DNA of 64,000 nt from an uncultured Candidatus Saccharibacteria bacterium (GTDB lineage: Bacteria > Patescibacteriota > Minisyncoccia > Sungbacterales > HO2-52-23), in NCBI GenBank assembly GCA_964501445.1, contig CAZCSJ010000001.1, positions 7,248 to 71,247 of the forward strand, read 5' to 3'. Both the position numbers and the translations under genes were made by a program. This document shows positions 37,460 through 46,420 of the stretch, piece by piece. The notes below the pieces were generated by a model, which was not told the origin of the DNA, did not search any database, and was given only the letters and a program-made list of their open reading frames with translations. Each line of letters starts with the position of its first letter. Position 1 is the first letter of the stretch.

Positions 37460-38668
37460 CTAAATGCTTCCCACAAGGTTATAGAGCGGCACCAGCACCG
37501 CCGAAACGAGCGCGGCAACTCCAAGGCCCAGCCCGATGATCAAAATCGGCTCAATCAACGCCACAAGGTTATCCACCGCTGAATCCACTTCGCGCTGGTA
37601 GAACTTCGCAACGCTCCCGAGGATAAAATCAAGCCGTCCGGACGCCTCCCCGATACGAACCATCTGGGTCACAAGCACCGGAACGCGGTTTGACCTCTCA
37701 AGGGCGGAAGAGATCGTACTGCCGCCCTTCACCGACTCAATCGCGTCGGTAATCACGCGCTGGTAGACGGCATTCCCCACCACATCGCGCGTGACTTCAA
37801 GCGCCCGAAGAATCGGGATGCCGCCGACAATCAGGGTCCGGAGGTTATCCGTAAAACGCGCCATATAGAGCTTTTGGTAGAGGCCGCCGAATACCGGCGC
37901 CCGAAGCTGCAGCATATGGAGCGCATATTTCCCGCGTGCCGTAACTCCCCACCGCCAGACAAGAATCGCTCCGGCGATAACAAAAAGAAGCAGGAGCACA
38001 CCCCACTGCTGGAGGAAGGTGGAGAGCCCGATTATAAACCTCGTGAACAGGGGAACTTGCTGTTGGGTTTCCTCAAATATTTTTACAAGCCGCGGGATAA
38101 TGACCACGAGCATGATGATAAGCACCGCGACAAACGCAAAGAGCACAAATGCGGGATAGATCATGGCATTGCGCGCTTTTGAAGTAAGGTAGTAGGAACG
38201 CTCCAGATAGTCGGCAAGATAGGTGAATACCTCCTGCAGTTTTCCCGATTCCTCGCCCGAACGCACAAGGTAAATATAGAACGGAGAGAAAATGGCAGGG
38301 TGTTTGGCAAGGGCTTGGGAGAGCGCGAGGCCTCCGGACACGTCATCAAGAATCGTCGCAATCGCGGTTTTGAGCGCAGGGGTCGGCGTTTCACCCACAA
38401 GAGTTTTTAAGGCGGTCGCAACGGGAATGTTTGCTTCAAAGAGGGTTGCGAGCTGCCGCGAGAATATGACCACATCTTTTTGCTTCACGCGGCCGCCAAG
38501 TATTGAAATGTTCCATGCGGCAATACGGTCACGCTCCTCTTCCACAGAGATAATGAGAAGGTTTTGCTGATGGAGAATGTCTATTGCCCCGTCCCGGGAG
38601 GAGGCGTCAATCACGCCGGAACGGATTTCTCCTTGTTGAGTTTTGGCTTTGTAGTTAAAAGTAGGCAT
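37460..38668 (-). CDS. pilC: Type IV pilus platform protein PilC (GspF family)
   Basis: 402 aa. Two GspF repeats and 3 TM segments. Confidence 0.93.
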   Translation of the reverse strand: MPTFNYKAKTQQGEIRSGVIDASSRDGAIDILHQQNLLIISVEEERDRIAAWNISILGGRVKQKDVVIFSRQLATLFEANIPVATALKTLVGETPTPALKTAIATILDDVSGGLALSQALAKHPAIFSPFYIYLVRSGEESGKLQEVFTYLADYLERSYYLTSKARNAMIYPAFVLFAFVAVLIIMLVVIIPRLVKIFEETQQQVPLFTRFIIGLSTFLQQWGVLLLLFVIAGAILVWRWGVTARGKYALHMLQLRAPVFGGLYQKLYMARFTDNLRTLIVGGIPILRALEVTRDVVGNAVYQRVITDAIESVKGGSTISSALERSNRVPVLVTQMVRIGEASGRLDFILGSVAKFYQREVDSAVDNLVALIEPILIIGLGLGVAALVSAVLVPLYNLVGSI

Positions 38669-38788
38669 TGGTACGAGGGACTAGGGGTTAGGTTTTAGGT
38701 TGTAGGGGGTAAGGGGTCCTGCTAATGATTACCGGTAACTAATTATCAATTTATTAATCCCTAGCCCCTAATCCCTAAAACCTAGAAC
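38669..38788. repeat. G-rich TTAGGG-like repeats in inverted arrangement around an AT-rich core (pilT-pilC spacer)
   Basis: Left arm CTAGGGGTTAGGTTTTAGGTTGTAGGGGGTAAGGGG. Right arm CCCTAGCCCCTAATCCCTAAAACCTAGAACCTAG. Confidence 0.8.
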
Positions 38789-39856
38789 CTAGTTTTTAAG
38801 GAGCGTTTGCAGCTCTTCAGGATTGAGAGAGTAGCGGGTGGCGTTTTCTATGGAAATTTCGCCGCGCCGGATCAAATCCACGAGCGAGCGGTTCAAACTC
38901 ATCATTCCTTCGCCCGAGCTGGTTTCAATCACAAGATTGATTTCGTGGACTTTATTCTCGCGGATGAGATTCCTGATCGCGGGATTCACCAGCATCACTT
39001 CCACCGCCGGAATGAGGCCGCCTGAGATCCTCGGCACCAAGCGCTGCGACACAATGCCCACGAGCGAGGATGCGAGCTGCGCGCGGATCTGCCCCTGCTG
39101 GTCGCCGGGAAAGGAATCAATAATGCGGTCAATGGTCTGGGCGGCGTTGTTGGTGTGCAGAGTGGAGAGAATAAAATGGCCGGTTTCCGCGGCGGTGACG
39201 GCAATCGCCATGGTCTCGGCATCCCGCATCTCGCCCACCATTGCCACATCCACATCTTCGCGGAACACCGAACGGAGCGCTTTATGGAAGGAATGGGTGT
39301 CAAACCCCACTTCGCGCTGGTCAATAATTGCGCGGTCTGACACAAAGAGATATTCAATAGGATCTTCAATCGTGATGATGTGGTCTGCGCGGGTATGATT
39401 TATGAAATCCACCATTGCGGCAAGCGTGGTAGATTTTCCGTGGCCCGTGGGGCCCACCACGAGCAGAAATCCCTGCTGGAGTCCTGCGAGTTCTTTTAAT
39501 ATCGGTGGGAGGAATAACTCCTCTGCGGTTTTAATGGCGTTGGGAATGAGGCGCAGGGCCGCCCCCATGTATCCCCGCTGGAAAAACACATTCACCCGAA
39601 AGCGCGCGCGGTCGCGAAAGTTATACGAGAGATCAAGCTCCTTCTCTTCCATGAATTTTTTCTCCTGCTCGGGCGAGAGCATCGCGAGAATAAAATCGCG
39701 CACCACCTCGGGGGTCACGATCTCTTCTTTTACGAGCAGTATAAGCGAACCGTTGACGCGGAGCGTAGGATGGCGCCCCACCGAGAGGTGGAGATCCGAC
39801 GCGTTCTCCTTTACCACAGTGGAGAGGAGCTCTTCAAGATAGTTTTTTCCTGCCAT
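38789..39856 (-). CDS. pilT: Type IV pilus retraction ATPase PilT
   Basis: 355 aa. Walker A GPTGHGKST, Asp box, GHFILSTLHTNNA. Confidence 0.93.
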   Translation of the reverse strand: MAGKNYLEELLSTVVKENASDLHLSVGRHPTLRVNGSLILLVKEEIVTPEVVRDFILAMLSPEQEKKFMEEKELDLSYNFRDRARFRVNVFFQRGYMGAALRLIPNAIKTAEELFLPPILKELAGLQQGFLLVVGPTGHGKSTTLAAMVDFINHTRADHIITIEDPIEYLFVSDRAIIDQREVGFDTHSFHKALRSVFREDVDVAMVGEMRDAETMAIAVTAAETGHFILSTLHTNNAAQTIDRIIDSFPGDQQGQIRAQLASSLVGIVSQRLVPRISGGLIPAVEVMLVNPAIRNLIRENKVHEINLVIETSSGEGMMSLNRSLVDLIRRGEISIENATRYSLNPEELQTLLKN

Positions 39857-39893
39857 AGAACGAATTGAGGTTTCAGGTTTTAGGAATTGGGGC

Positions 39894-40277
39894 TTACGAT
39901 ATCCCTAATACCCTTTTCACTTTCTCCACCACTTCATTTGGCGTGAAGTGGGCTTTGATGATGTAGTCGTCCGCCCCAAGCTTCATGCCCCGATCCACAT
40001 CTTCCTTCTGTCCGAGGTTTGTCAAAAGTATGACTTTGACATCTCGGAGCGCCGGGTCCTCCTTCAACGTCCGGAGCACCTCAAAGCCGTCCATCGCGGG
40101 CAGCACAATATCAAGAAGCATGACGCGCGGAGAGGTCTCTTTCATTTTCTTCAACGCATCTTTCCCGTTTTTTGCAATGGCAATGGCAAACCCCTTCTCC
40201 TGAAACTTCAGAACATACATATCAAGAATAAACGGGTCGTCGTCAACTATAAGAATGGTGGGTTTGTCTTTTACCAT
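39894..40277 (-). CDS. Stand-alone response-regulator receiver (CheY/PilH-like)
   Basis: 127 aa. ILIVDDD.., phospho-acceptor LLDIVLPAMDG, and K at LGADDYIIK. Confidence 0.9.
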   Translation of the reverse strand: MVKDKPTILIVDDDPFILDMYVLKFQEKGFAIAIAKNGKDALKKMKETSPRVMLLDIVLPAMDGFEVLRTLKEDPALRDVKVILLTNLGQKEDVDRGMKLGADDYIIKAHFTPNEVVEKVKRVLGIS

Positions 40278-40286
40278 ACGTATATA

Positions 40287-40703
40287 TTATGGAGATGCGG
40301 TATGGGATCCTTTTGATTTTCCCGAGATACTACTGGTCTCAAGGGAGTAGGTAATCGTGTAGGTAGATCCGGTGGGCGATTCGTAGACGTAGCGGTAGGG
40401 ATCGCTCTCAAGAGGGTCTTTGGGAATCTGAGAGATGGCGTCTTCCGCGATAAGAGCGGCGGACACCGCATCTTTTCCGGTCAGCGGTATCGGCTCTTCT
40501 GCTATTGGGTAAATTCCCTTGTTTACCGCATAGATCGCGAAGGCATTTTGGAGTGTTTTTATCTCCTGTTCCCGCTCGGCGTCGCGCGCGCGAGCGCGCG
40601 CTTCCCCAAGCTGGACAAACACGAGCGATCCGACCATACCCATGATCGCGAGCACCACCAGTATCTCTAAAATCGTGAAACCGTAGTTATCGCTTCTTTC
40701 CAT
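40287..40703 (-). CDS. Type IV pilin-like protein
   Basis: 138 aa. SDNYG|FTILEILVVLAIMGMVGSL prepilin motif. Confidence 0.85.
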   Translation of the reverse strand: MERSDNYGFTILEILVVLAIMGMVGSLVFVQLGEARARARDAEREQEIKTLQNAFAIYAVNKGIYPIAEEPIPLTGKDAVSAALIAEDAISQIPKDPLESDPYRYVYESPTGSTYTITYSLETSSISGKSKGSHTASP

Positions 40704-40715
40704 AATCGTAGTATA

Positions 40716-42437
40716 CTATGCCACCTCCAGCAAATCCTCCAAGCCAATCACACCCTTGGCGACCTTCAAGATGCCGTCTTGGCGCATCGTAATCATCGCC
40801 TGGCGCCGGGCTTCTTCCGCGATTTGCGCCTCCGAGGGACTTGAGAGGATTATCTTTTCAAGTTCGGGGGACATCGCGAGCGTTTCAAAAATCCCTGTCC
40901 GTCCCCGCGTGCCCTTGGGGCATGTCGGCGACACCTCGGCGTGATACACCTCCGAAGGAAATGTCTTTTTGAGTTCCACCTTCAACGCATCCGGCATGCC
41001 CTCAAGTTCTTTTGCAATAATCTCTTTTATTTTCCCTGTCACCTTTGCGGTCTTTTTGGAATCCGGACAGAGCTTTCGCACAAGCCGCTGGCCGACCGCG
41101 AGCACGAGCGTGGTGGAAATGAGGAACGGCTCCACTCCCATGTCCACAAGGCGCGGGACCACCCCTATCGCGTTATTCGTATGGAGGGTTGAGAGCACGA
41201 GGTGGCCGGTGAGTGCCGCGTGAATCGCGAGCGCCGCAGTTTCTTTGTCGCGTATTTCGCCGACCATAATCACGTCCGGATCTTGACGCAAGATATGGCG
41301 CAGACCCGTGGCAAAGTCATACCCGATCTCCGGCCGGATCTGGGACTGATTGACGCCCGGGATGTAGTACTCCACCGGATCTTCTAAACTAATGATGTTC
41401 ACCCCCTCTTGATTGAGAATCTGGAGGAGCGCGTAGAGCGTGGTGGATTTGCCGGATCCCGTGGGACCGGTGATGAGAATAAGTCCATACGGCCGTTTGA
41501 TGCTCTCCTGAAGGAGAGTTAAGTTCCTCCCCTCAAGTCCCAAGTCATCAAGCGTGGCAATGCCTGCTTGCGGGTTCAAGATCCGAATCGCGATCTTCTC
41601 GCCAAATGATGTCGGGAGGAACGAGACGCGAAAGTCAATCTCGTGCCCCCCGACTTCGGCATGGAATCTGCCGTCCTGGGGTACGCGCGTTTCGTCAATT
41701 TTCAAATTGGTCATGACTTTGACACGGGTCACAAATGCCGGATGCACCTCAATTGGCAGGCGCAAGCTCGTGTGAAGCACCCCGTCCACCCGAAACCGCA
41801 CCCGCAGGTGGTCGCGCGCGGGCTCAATGTGCACATCGGACGCGAGGCCATCCACCGCATGCTTGATGATGACGCTGATCATCTTGGTAATCGGCGCCTC
41901 CTCTATGATTTTTGCCGGCTCGTCTTTGACGATTTTCACCTCTTCAACCCCGCCAAACTCCGGATATTCTTTCTTAAACTCGCCAAGGGCTTGCGTCACC
42001 TCGCCCGACAAGCTTTTATACTCCTGAAGAATTGATTGGAAATCCGTCGGCGTCACGACAAACACCCGCGTGGGGAGATTGGTGCGGGCGGAAATGAATT
42101 TGAGCGCCTCCTGCGCCGCGACGTCTTCCGGGGCGAGCATCCCGACATCAAGATACCCTCCGTCTTTGCCAAGCGGAATCATCCGGTAGTGGCGCGCGGA
42201 CTCCTCGGGAATGTAGTGGAGAATGTCAAAAGGGACCGGCGCGCCCCGGAGGTAGCGCGCGGGAAGTCCCGTGAGTTCGCTTTTGGCTTCCGCCACGTCT
42301 TCTTCTCGTATGCCGAACTGGTAGAGGATGTCTTCTATTGCCACCCCCTTTTCTTTTGCGGTTTTTTTCGCCTCACCCGCGCGGGTGAGGTCAATGAGTC
42401 CTTTTGCAATGAGTTGATCCGTGAGGGTTTTTGCCAT
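40716..42437 (-). CDS. pilB: Type IV pilus assembly ATPase PilB (GspE family)
   Basis: Walker A GPTGSGKST, GHLVLSTLHTN, and an N-terminal GSPII_E_N domain. I place the start at the ATG at 42437 (MAKTLTDQL..). The ORF-track start lies in repeat A. Confidence 0.93.
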   Translation of the reverse strand: MAKTLTDQLIAKGLIDLTRAGEAKKTAKEKGVAIEDILYQFGIREEDVAEAKSELTGLPARYLRGAPVPFDILHYIPEESARHYRMIPLGKDGGYLDVGMLAPEDVAAQEALKFISARTNLPTRVFVVTPTDFQSILQEYKSLSGEVTQALGEFKKEYPEFGGVEEVKIVKDEPAKIIEEAPITKMISVIIKHAVDGLASDVHIEPARDHLRVRFRVDGVLHTSLRLPIEVHPAFVTRVKVMTNLKIDETRVPQDGRFHAEVGGHEIDFRVSFLPTSFGEKIAIRILNPQAGIATLDDLGLEGRNLTLLQESIKRPYGLILITGPTGSGKSTTLYALLQILNQEGVNIISLEDPVEYYIPGVNQSQIRPEIGYDFATGLRHILRQDPDVIMVGEIRDKETAALAIHAALTGHLVLSTLHTNNAIGVVPRLVDMGVEPFLISTTLVLAVGQRLVRKLCPDSKKTAKVTGKIKEIIAKELEGMPDALKVELKKTFPSEVYHAEVSPTCPKGTRGRTGIFETLAMSPELEKIILSSPSEAQIAEEARRQAMITMRQDGILKVAKGVIGLEDLLEVA

Positions 42438-42452
42438 ATCGTGCTTCGCACA

Positions 42453-42552
42453 TCGCGATGCTAATATACTAATGCATACCAATTATACGAATACCGTATC
42501 ATTTGTATCATTGGCATAATTCGTATATTCGCATCGTATTATATTGGCATCG
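42453..42552 (-). repeat. Family-A intergenic TIR repeat, copy 3 (upstream of pilB)
   Basis: CGCGATGCTAATATACTAATGCATACC...ATTTGTATCATTGGCATAATTCGTATATTCGCATCG. Confidence 0.9.
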
Positions 42553-42849
42553 TTAAAACGGTGTAAACGGATTCTGGCGTCCATGCTCTCCCTCCCCGCC
42601 CGCTAAGGATTCCTGAAATGTGGGCGCAGTTTCAAGCGCACGGAAAAGCGGGTCTTGGAAAACCGAGGTGTCAAGGCGAAGATTTTTGAGGCGCCGGAGC
42701 GTTCCCAAACGATCCTGGAGCGCTTTTGGACCATTAGCAATCGGCGTTTCAGTGGGGAGGGCTGGCGCGGATCCAAAATAGGCGTACCACACATATCCTA
42801 TTGCGGCGAGTGCCAGTATCAGAATAAGTACGAGAATGGTTTGTCTCAT
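42553..42849 (-). CDS. Small membrane-anchored protein of the pilus locus (PilP position)
   Basis: 98 aa with a single N-terminal TM. It follows pilO with a 1-nt gap. No family assigned. Confidence 0.6.
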   Translation of the reverse strand: MRQTILVLILILALAAIGYVWYAYFGSAPALPTETPIANGPKALQDRLGTLRRLKNLRLDTSVFQDPLFRALETAPTFQESLAGGEGEHGRQNPFTPF

Positions 42850-42850
42850 C

Positions 42851-43438
42851 CTATTGGTAGTAAATTACGCTTTTGACGCTAAACTCTATGGGGTCGCCCG
42901 GACGCGGAGGCGCAATGAATGTCAAATCTTTCACGGTCACGACGCGAGAGAATCGTTCAAGTTCTGCAAGGAAGTTTTTGAACGCATCGTAAGAACCGGA
43001 GACCGTGAAAGAAACCGTAACCTCTTTGATCCCGCCCGTTTTCGCAACGCCCGAAGGGGCGGCCGAGGGCCGCGGCTGTCCGGACTTGGACCCTTCAGAA
43101 TCTTTGGCACCGCTGCCAAGCGTCGGAACATCGGTACGCCGCAGGAGAAGACCGTTTCGGAGCACCATTTTTTCAAGATCCACGAGAAACTCCGCGCTCT
43201 GGGGCCCCTTGGGGAGCGCCTGCGCAACTCGGTCAAGATCTTCCTTCCGGATTTTGCTTATGACACTCCCGACGCTGTTGAGGTTGCCTATGAGTTCATC
43301 CACTTCTCCCGAGAGCGCGTGGAGGTCTTCGGTTTGCTTGCGAAGCGAGAGAAACTCGTTCCAGGCCGGCGCAAAATATAAGACCCCGACACCGACAATT
43401 GCCGCAAGAAGAAGTAATGGGAGGATAAGACGAGCCAT
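42851..43438 (-). CDS. pilO: Type IV pilus biogenesis protein PilO-like
   Basis: 195 aa with N-terminal TM, coiled coil and a C-terminal ferredoxin-like part (FKNFLAELERFSRVVTVKDL). Position after pilM/pilN. Confidence 0.75.
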   Translation of the reverse strand: MARLILPLLLLAAIVGVGVLYFAPAWNEFLSLRKQTEDLHALSGEVDELIGNLNSVGSVISKIRKEDLDRVAQALPKGPQSAEFLVDLEKMVLRNGLLLRRTDVPTLGSGAKDSEGSKSGQPRPSAAPSGVAKTGGIKEVTVSFTVSGSYDAFKNFLAELERFSRVVTVKDLTFIAPPRPGDPIEFSVKSVIYYQ

Positions 43439-43447
43439 TGTGAGGTT

Positions 43448-44023
43448 TTAGGGGTTAGGGGTTAGGGGGGAAGAAAGAGAGGCGCGGAAAAATGAGGGGG
43501 TAAAAATGATCGTGGTCTGGAATCTAAGAATGTTATTTTGGTCAAGCGCCAAATTGCCAAATTCCACCCGCTCTATGCGGGGATCTCCCTCAAGGAGCGC
43601 GATTTGCCGCGCGAGTGTCGCATAGCCCGCTGCCTCGCCTGACATATCAAGGCGCCGGGTATCCGCGCGGAAATTAAAATTGAGGAAACGGACCCGAGGG
43701 TTGGTCGTGCTCTCAAGGAACGAAAAAATTGGGGTGAGGAAAAGGCGCTGCGAGAGAATAGTCCGCATGTCGCGGAGACGGCTATCCAGGAGAAACACCT
43801 GATTTATCGCTTCCGGCCGGATTTCTGCCTTGCTCTCAATCTCTGCGGTGAGTTCCTCAAGAGCTGAAGCCTGATACCGGTTGAGCACAAAAAGTCCGCC
43901 GTAGGCAGCGCCTTCCAGCACCAAAAGCGCAACGCCCGCATAGATAAGCAGGGGTACGGTTGAACGCACCGTGACGTCAATTTTGGAACCCATTGTTGCT
44001 TTTGATGAAAGGAGGTCGGCCAT
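43448..44023 (-). CDS. pilN: Type IV pilus biogenesis protein PilN-like
   Basis: I place the start at the ATG at 44023 (MADLLSS..). Single TM plus coiled coil. The C-terminal PLTPNP is encoded by the CCCCTAA repeat. Confidence 0.7.
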   Translation of the reverse strand: MADLLSSKATMGSKIDVTVRSTVPLLIYAGVALLVLEGAAYGGLFVLNRYQASALEELTAEIESKAEIRPEAINQVFLLDSRLRDMRTILSQRLFLTPIFSFLESTTNPRVRFLNFNFRADTRRLDMSGEAAGYATLARQIALLEGDPRIERVEFGNLALDQNNILRFQTTIIFTPSFFRASLSSPLTPNP

Positions 44024-44138
44024 CGCTTCGCTAAAATCAAATAGTAAAATGCAAAATGCAAAATGGAGGTGTCGCTTCGCGACCATGTAAAAATGCGTGT
44101 ATGTTTACATTTTGATCTGTCATTTTGACTCCTGGATG

Positions 44139-45251
44139 TTACCTTGTGGTGATCTCATGGAGTGCTAATCCCACGGCGGTGGAAAAGTTCGGGCCGATGT
44201 CGCGCAGCATCGGCTGGAGAAATGCGGGTGCTACCACGCGCGCAAAGGGATTCCCGCGCGTCACCTCTATGCCAAATCGGGTGCTCGTGTAATCAATAAG
44301 GCCTTTCATATGCGATCCTCCGCCGGTCAAATTTATTTTCTGGATCTTTCGGTCGGTACGGCGATTGTAGAGCGCTACAATCCGTTCAATTTCCGCGAGG
44401 AGCGAATCGGTAAGGGGCGTTAAGACCGACGTAATCTCTTTTTGCTCCACCCGTTCCTCAATGCCGATGTCCTGCTTTATCGCCTCCGCGCGCTCCTGAT
44501 TGATACCCATGCCCTGCGCTAACGCCCGCGTGAGCTCCTCTGAACCGCGACTGATGTTATGCGACATCCGGAGTTTGCCGCGGTCAACGACCGCAACGGT
44601 GGTCGTATAGTGCCCCATATTGAGAATCAGGGTCGGGGTGGTATCCATGCCCATAAGCGACCGGACAATGCTGAACGTTTCCACTTCCAGCGCCACAAGT
44701 GTTATGTCGAGCATCTGGCTTATCCGTTTGAACTTTTCAATGACTTCTTTTGGCACTGCCACAAGCAGAACCGTAACCCCCTGATCGGTCTCCTCAATCA
44801 CCTCCCAGTCAAGGGTCACTTCTGCGATCGGTATGGGAACGTACTTTCGCGCCTCAAAAGGGATCGCCTGCGAAATTTCCTTTATCGCGATCTTCGGGAA
44901 CGGGATCGGGGTAACAAAACTTGAGGTTGCGGGTACGCCGATAACCGCGTCTTTCGCAGTCACATTGGACTCGCGGAGGATATCCCGGAGCAGATCCGCA
45001 ATATCAGCATCGGTGTAGCGGAGAAACCCCCCTCCGCCAGCTGGCAGACCCCCTTCACTTGTTTTGAGATACTTTCCCGAAAGCAATTCGCCGTACGTTT
45101 CAAGGATTGCCCGCTCTTTCTCGTAGTGTAATTGTACCACTTTCGCAGAATGGATTCCAACATCAATACCCACCGTGCGGGACGGCTTGCCTTTGAGAAA
45201 GTCAAGCGAGAATCCGGGAAGACGAAGTTTTTTAAGAAAAGGAATGTCCAC
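44139..45251 (-). CDS. pilM: Type IV pilus assembly protein PilM (actin-like ATPase)
   Basis: 370 aa. VGIDVGIHSAKVVQL and LTGGGSHMKGL are actin-fold phosphate motifs. GTG start. Confidence 0.9.
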   Translation of the reverse strand: MDIPFLKKLRLPGFSLDFLKGKPSRTVGIDVGIHSAKVVQLHYEKERAILETYGELLSGKYLKTSEGGLPAGGGGFLRYTDADIADLLRDILRESNVTAKDAVIGVPATSSFVTPIPFPKIAIKEISQAIPFEARKYVPIPIAEVTLDWEVIEETDQGVTVLLVAVPKEVIEKFKRISQMLDITLVALEVETFSIVRSLMGMDTTPTLILNMGHYTTTVAVVDRGKLRMSHNISRGSEELTRALAQGMGINQERAEAIKQDIGIEERVEQKEITSVLTPLTDSLLAEIERIVALYNRRTDRKIQKINLTGGGSHMKGLIDYTSTRFGIEVTRGNPFARVVAPAFLQPMLRDIGPNFSTAVGLALHEITTR

Positions 45252-45254
45252 GGA

Positions 45255-45383
45255 GCGCGATACGAATTACCGCGATGCTAATATACGAATGCTCCGCCAG
45301 CTGGCGGACTAATTATACGAATATATATGGTGAGCGCAGTCGAACCATTCGTATCATTAGTATAATTCGCATATTCGCATCGG
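45255..45383. repeat. Family-A repeat, copy 4, in the divergent pilM/comF spacer, with a nested family-D palindrome
   Basis: CGCGATGCTAATATACGAATG-[CTCCGCCAGCTGGCGGAC]-TAATTATACG...CATTCGTATCATTAGTATAATTCGCATATTCGCATCG. Confidence 0.9.
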
Positions 45384-45423
45384 TTACATTCGTATAGTAC
45401 CATTTTTAAGGTAAAATAGGGGG

Positions 45424-46146
45424 ATGCATTATCCCCAATTGATTCGCGGTAAGGAAGCGGTGCTTGACCTTCTCTTCCCGCTCCGGTGTGTGGAGTGCGG
45501 CAATGAAGGCGATCTCTGGTGCGCGGCATGCCGCGGGCTCGTGCGGGTAGTGCCGCCTCTCTGTGTCCGATGCGGTCTCTGGACACTCGCACGTTCCCGC
45601 GTCCGTCCGGGACGCACATGCCCTTCCTGCCAACCGCATTCTTCAATATACGCGTATGTATCTCCGTATCGCTATGACACGCCCGCTGTCCGAGAACTTA
45701 TCCACCGGATGAAGTATCAACGCGTACGCTCAATTGCTCTGCTTTTTGGTGCGCTTCTTACGGACGCGTGCGTACGCACAGGAATTTCTCTATCGGACAT
45801 GTCGTATATTGTCCCTATCCCATTGCACCCGGCGCGCGAGCGCGTACGCGGGTTTAACCAATCGCAATTAATCGCTGAGGAAGTCCGTCGCCGTGCCGGA
45901 CTCGCGGTCCGAAGCGACCTCCTCACGCGCGTGCGGCGCACACTGCCGCAAGTTGAGTGCAGCGGAGAGGAACGCCTCGCAAATGTCCGAGACGCGTTTG
46001 CGGTTGTCAACCCATTAGCGGTTCGTGATGCGACCATACTGCTTCTTGACGACGTAAAAACAACCGGCGCCACCCTGGAAGAGGCGGCGCGGGTGTTGAA
46101 AGAGGCAGGCGCGAAGAGAGTGTGGGCGATGACAGTGGCGCACTGA
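45424..46146 (+). CDS. comF: ComF-family protein (competence-associated phosphoribosyltransferase)
   Basis: 240 aa. N-terminal Zn-finger-like C..C...C..C and the PRT motif ILLLDDVKTTGATL. Confidence 0.88.
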   Translation: MHYPQLIRGKEAVLDLLFPLRCVECGNEGDLWCAACRGLVRVVPPLCVRCGLWTLARSRVRPGRTCPSCQPHSSIYAYVSPYRYDTPAVRELIHRMKYQRVRSIALLFGALLTDACVRTGISLSDMSYIVPIPLHPARERVRGFNQSQLIAEEVRRRAGLAVRSDLLTRVRRTLPQVECSGEERLANVRDAFAVVNPLAVRDATILLLDDVKTTGATLEEAARVLKEAGAKRVWAMTVAH

Positions 46147-46184
46147 TCCTTCACTTGAGATGGCAATGCGCGTGAGCGGGTTGG

Positions 46185-46241
46185 AGGCCGAGCGGGCATG
46201 GTCCGAGCACTCAACGCATTGAGTGCTCGGGAGCGAGGCTT
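46185..46241 (+). other. GCGGGCATGGT structured motif, copy 1 (strand not established)
   Basis: P1 AGGCC/GGCTT; J GAGCGGGCATGGT; P2 12-bp stem CCGAGCACTCAA/TTGAGTGCTCGG; J GAGCGA. Confidence 0.5.
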
Positions 46242-46341
46242 AATTCGTAAGATGTTTCAAGCGAGCCTATCGCACGCGAGCGTAATTGTGGAGGCGCGTT
46301 TTTATTTTAGGCGAGAAGCAGTTCGTTTATGAGCGGGGTTT

Positions 46342-46392
46342 GAAAGCCGAGCGGGCATGGTCTCCGATATATATCGGAGGAGCGAGGCTTTC
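46342..46392 (+). other. GCGGGCATGGT structured motif, copy 2 (strand not established)
   Basis: P1 GAAAGCC/GGCTTTC; J GAGCGGGCATGGT; P2 CTCCGAT/ATCGGAG; J GAGCGA. Enclosed by a long-range stem between 46315-46330 and 46432-46447. Confidence 0.5.
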
Positions 46393-46399
46393 ACCTATG

Positions 46400-46420
46400 A
46401 AAATCCTCGCTGGGGATTTT
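46400..46420 (-). terminator. Shared hairpin AAAATCCTCGCTGGGGATTTT downstream of rny
   Basis: The identical 21-mer recurs at 48622-48642 downstream of the sigma gene. The stem is weak (7 bp, A/U-rich), so a terminator function is tentative. Confidence 0.45.

Noticed and set aside
38669-43470. TTAGGG-like tracts as telomeres or replicon ends
   Set aside because: They are short (2-4 units), internal to an operon, partly coding, and flanked by normal genes on both sides.
45278-45646. 122-aa minus-strand ORF
   Set aside because: It starts antisense inside comF and runs into repeat A copy 4. Its product is a low-complexity Arg/Gly string.
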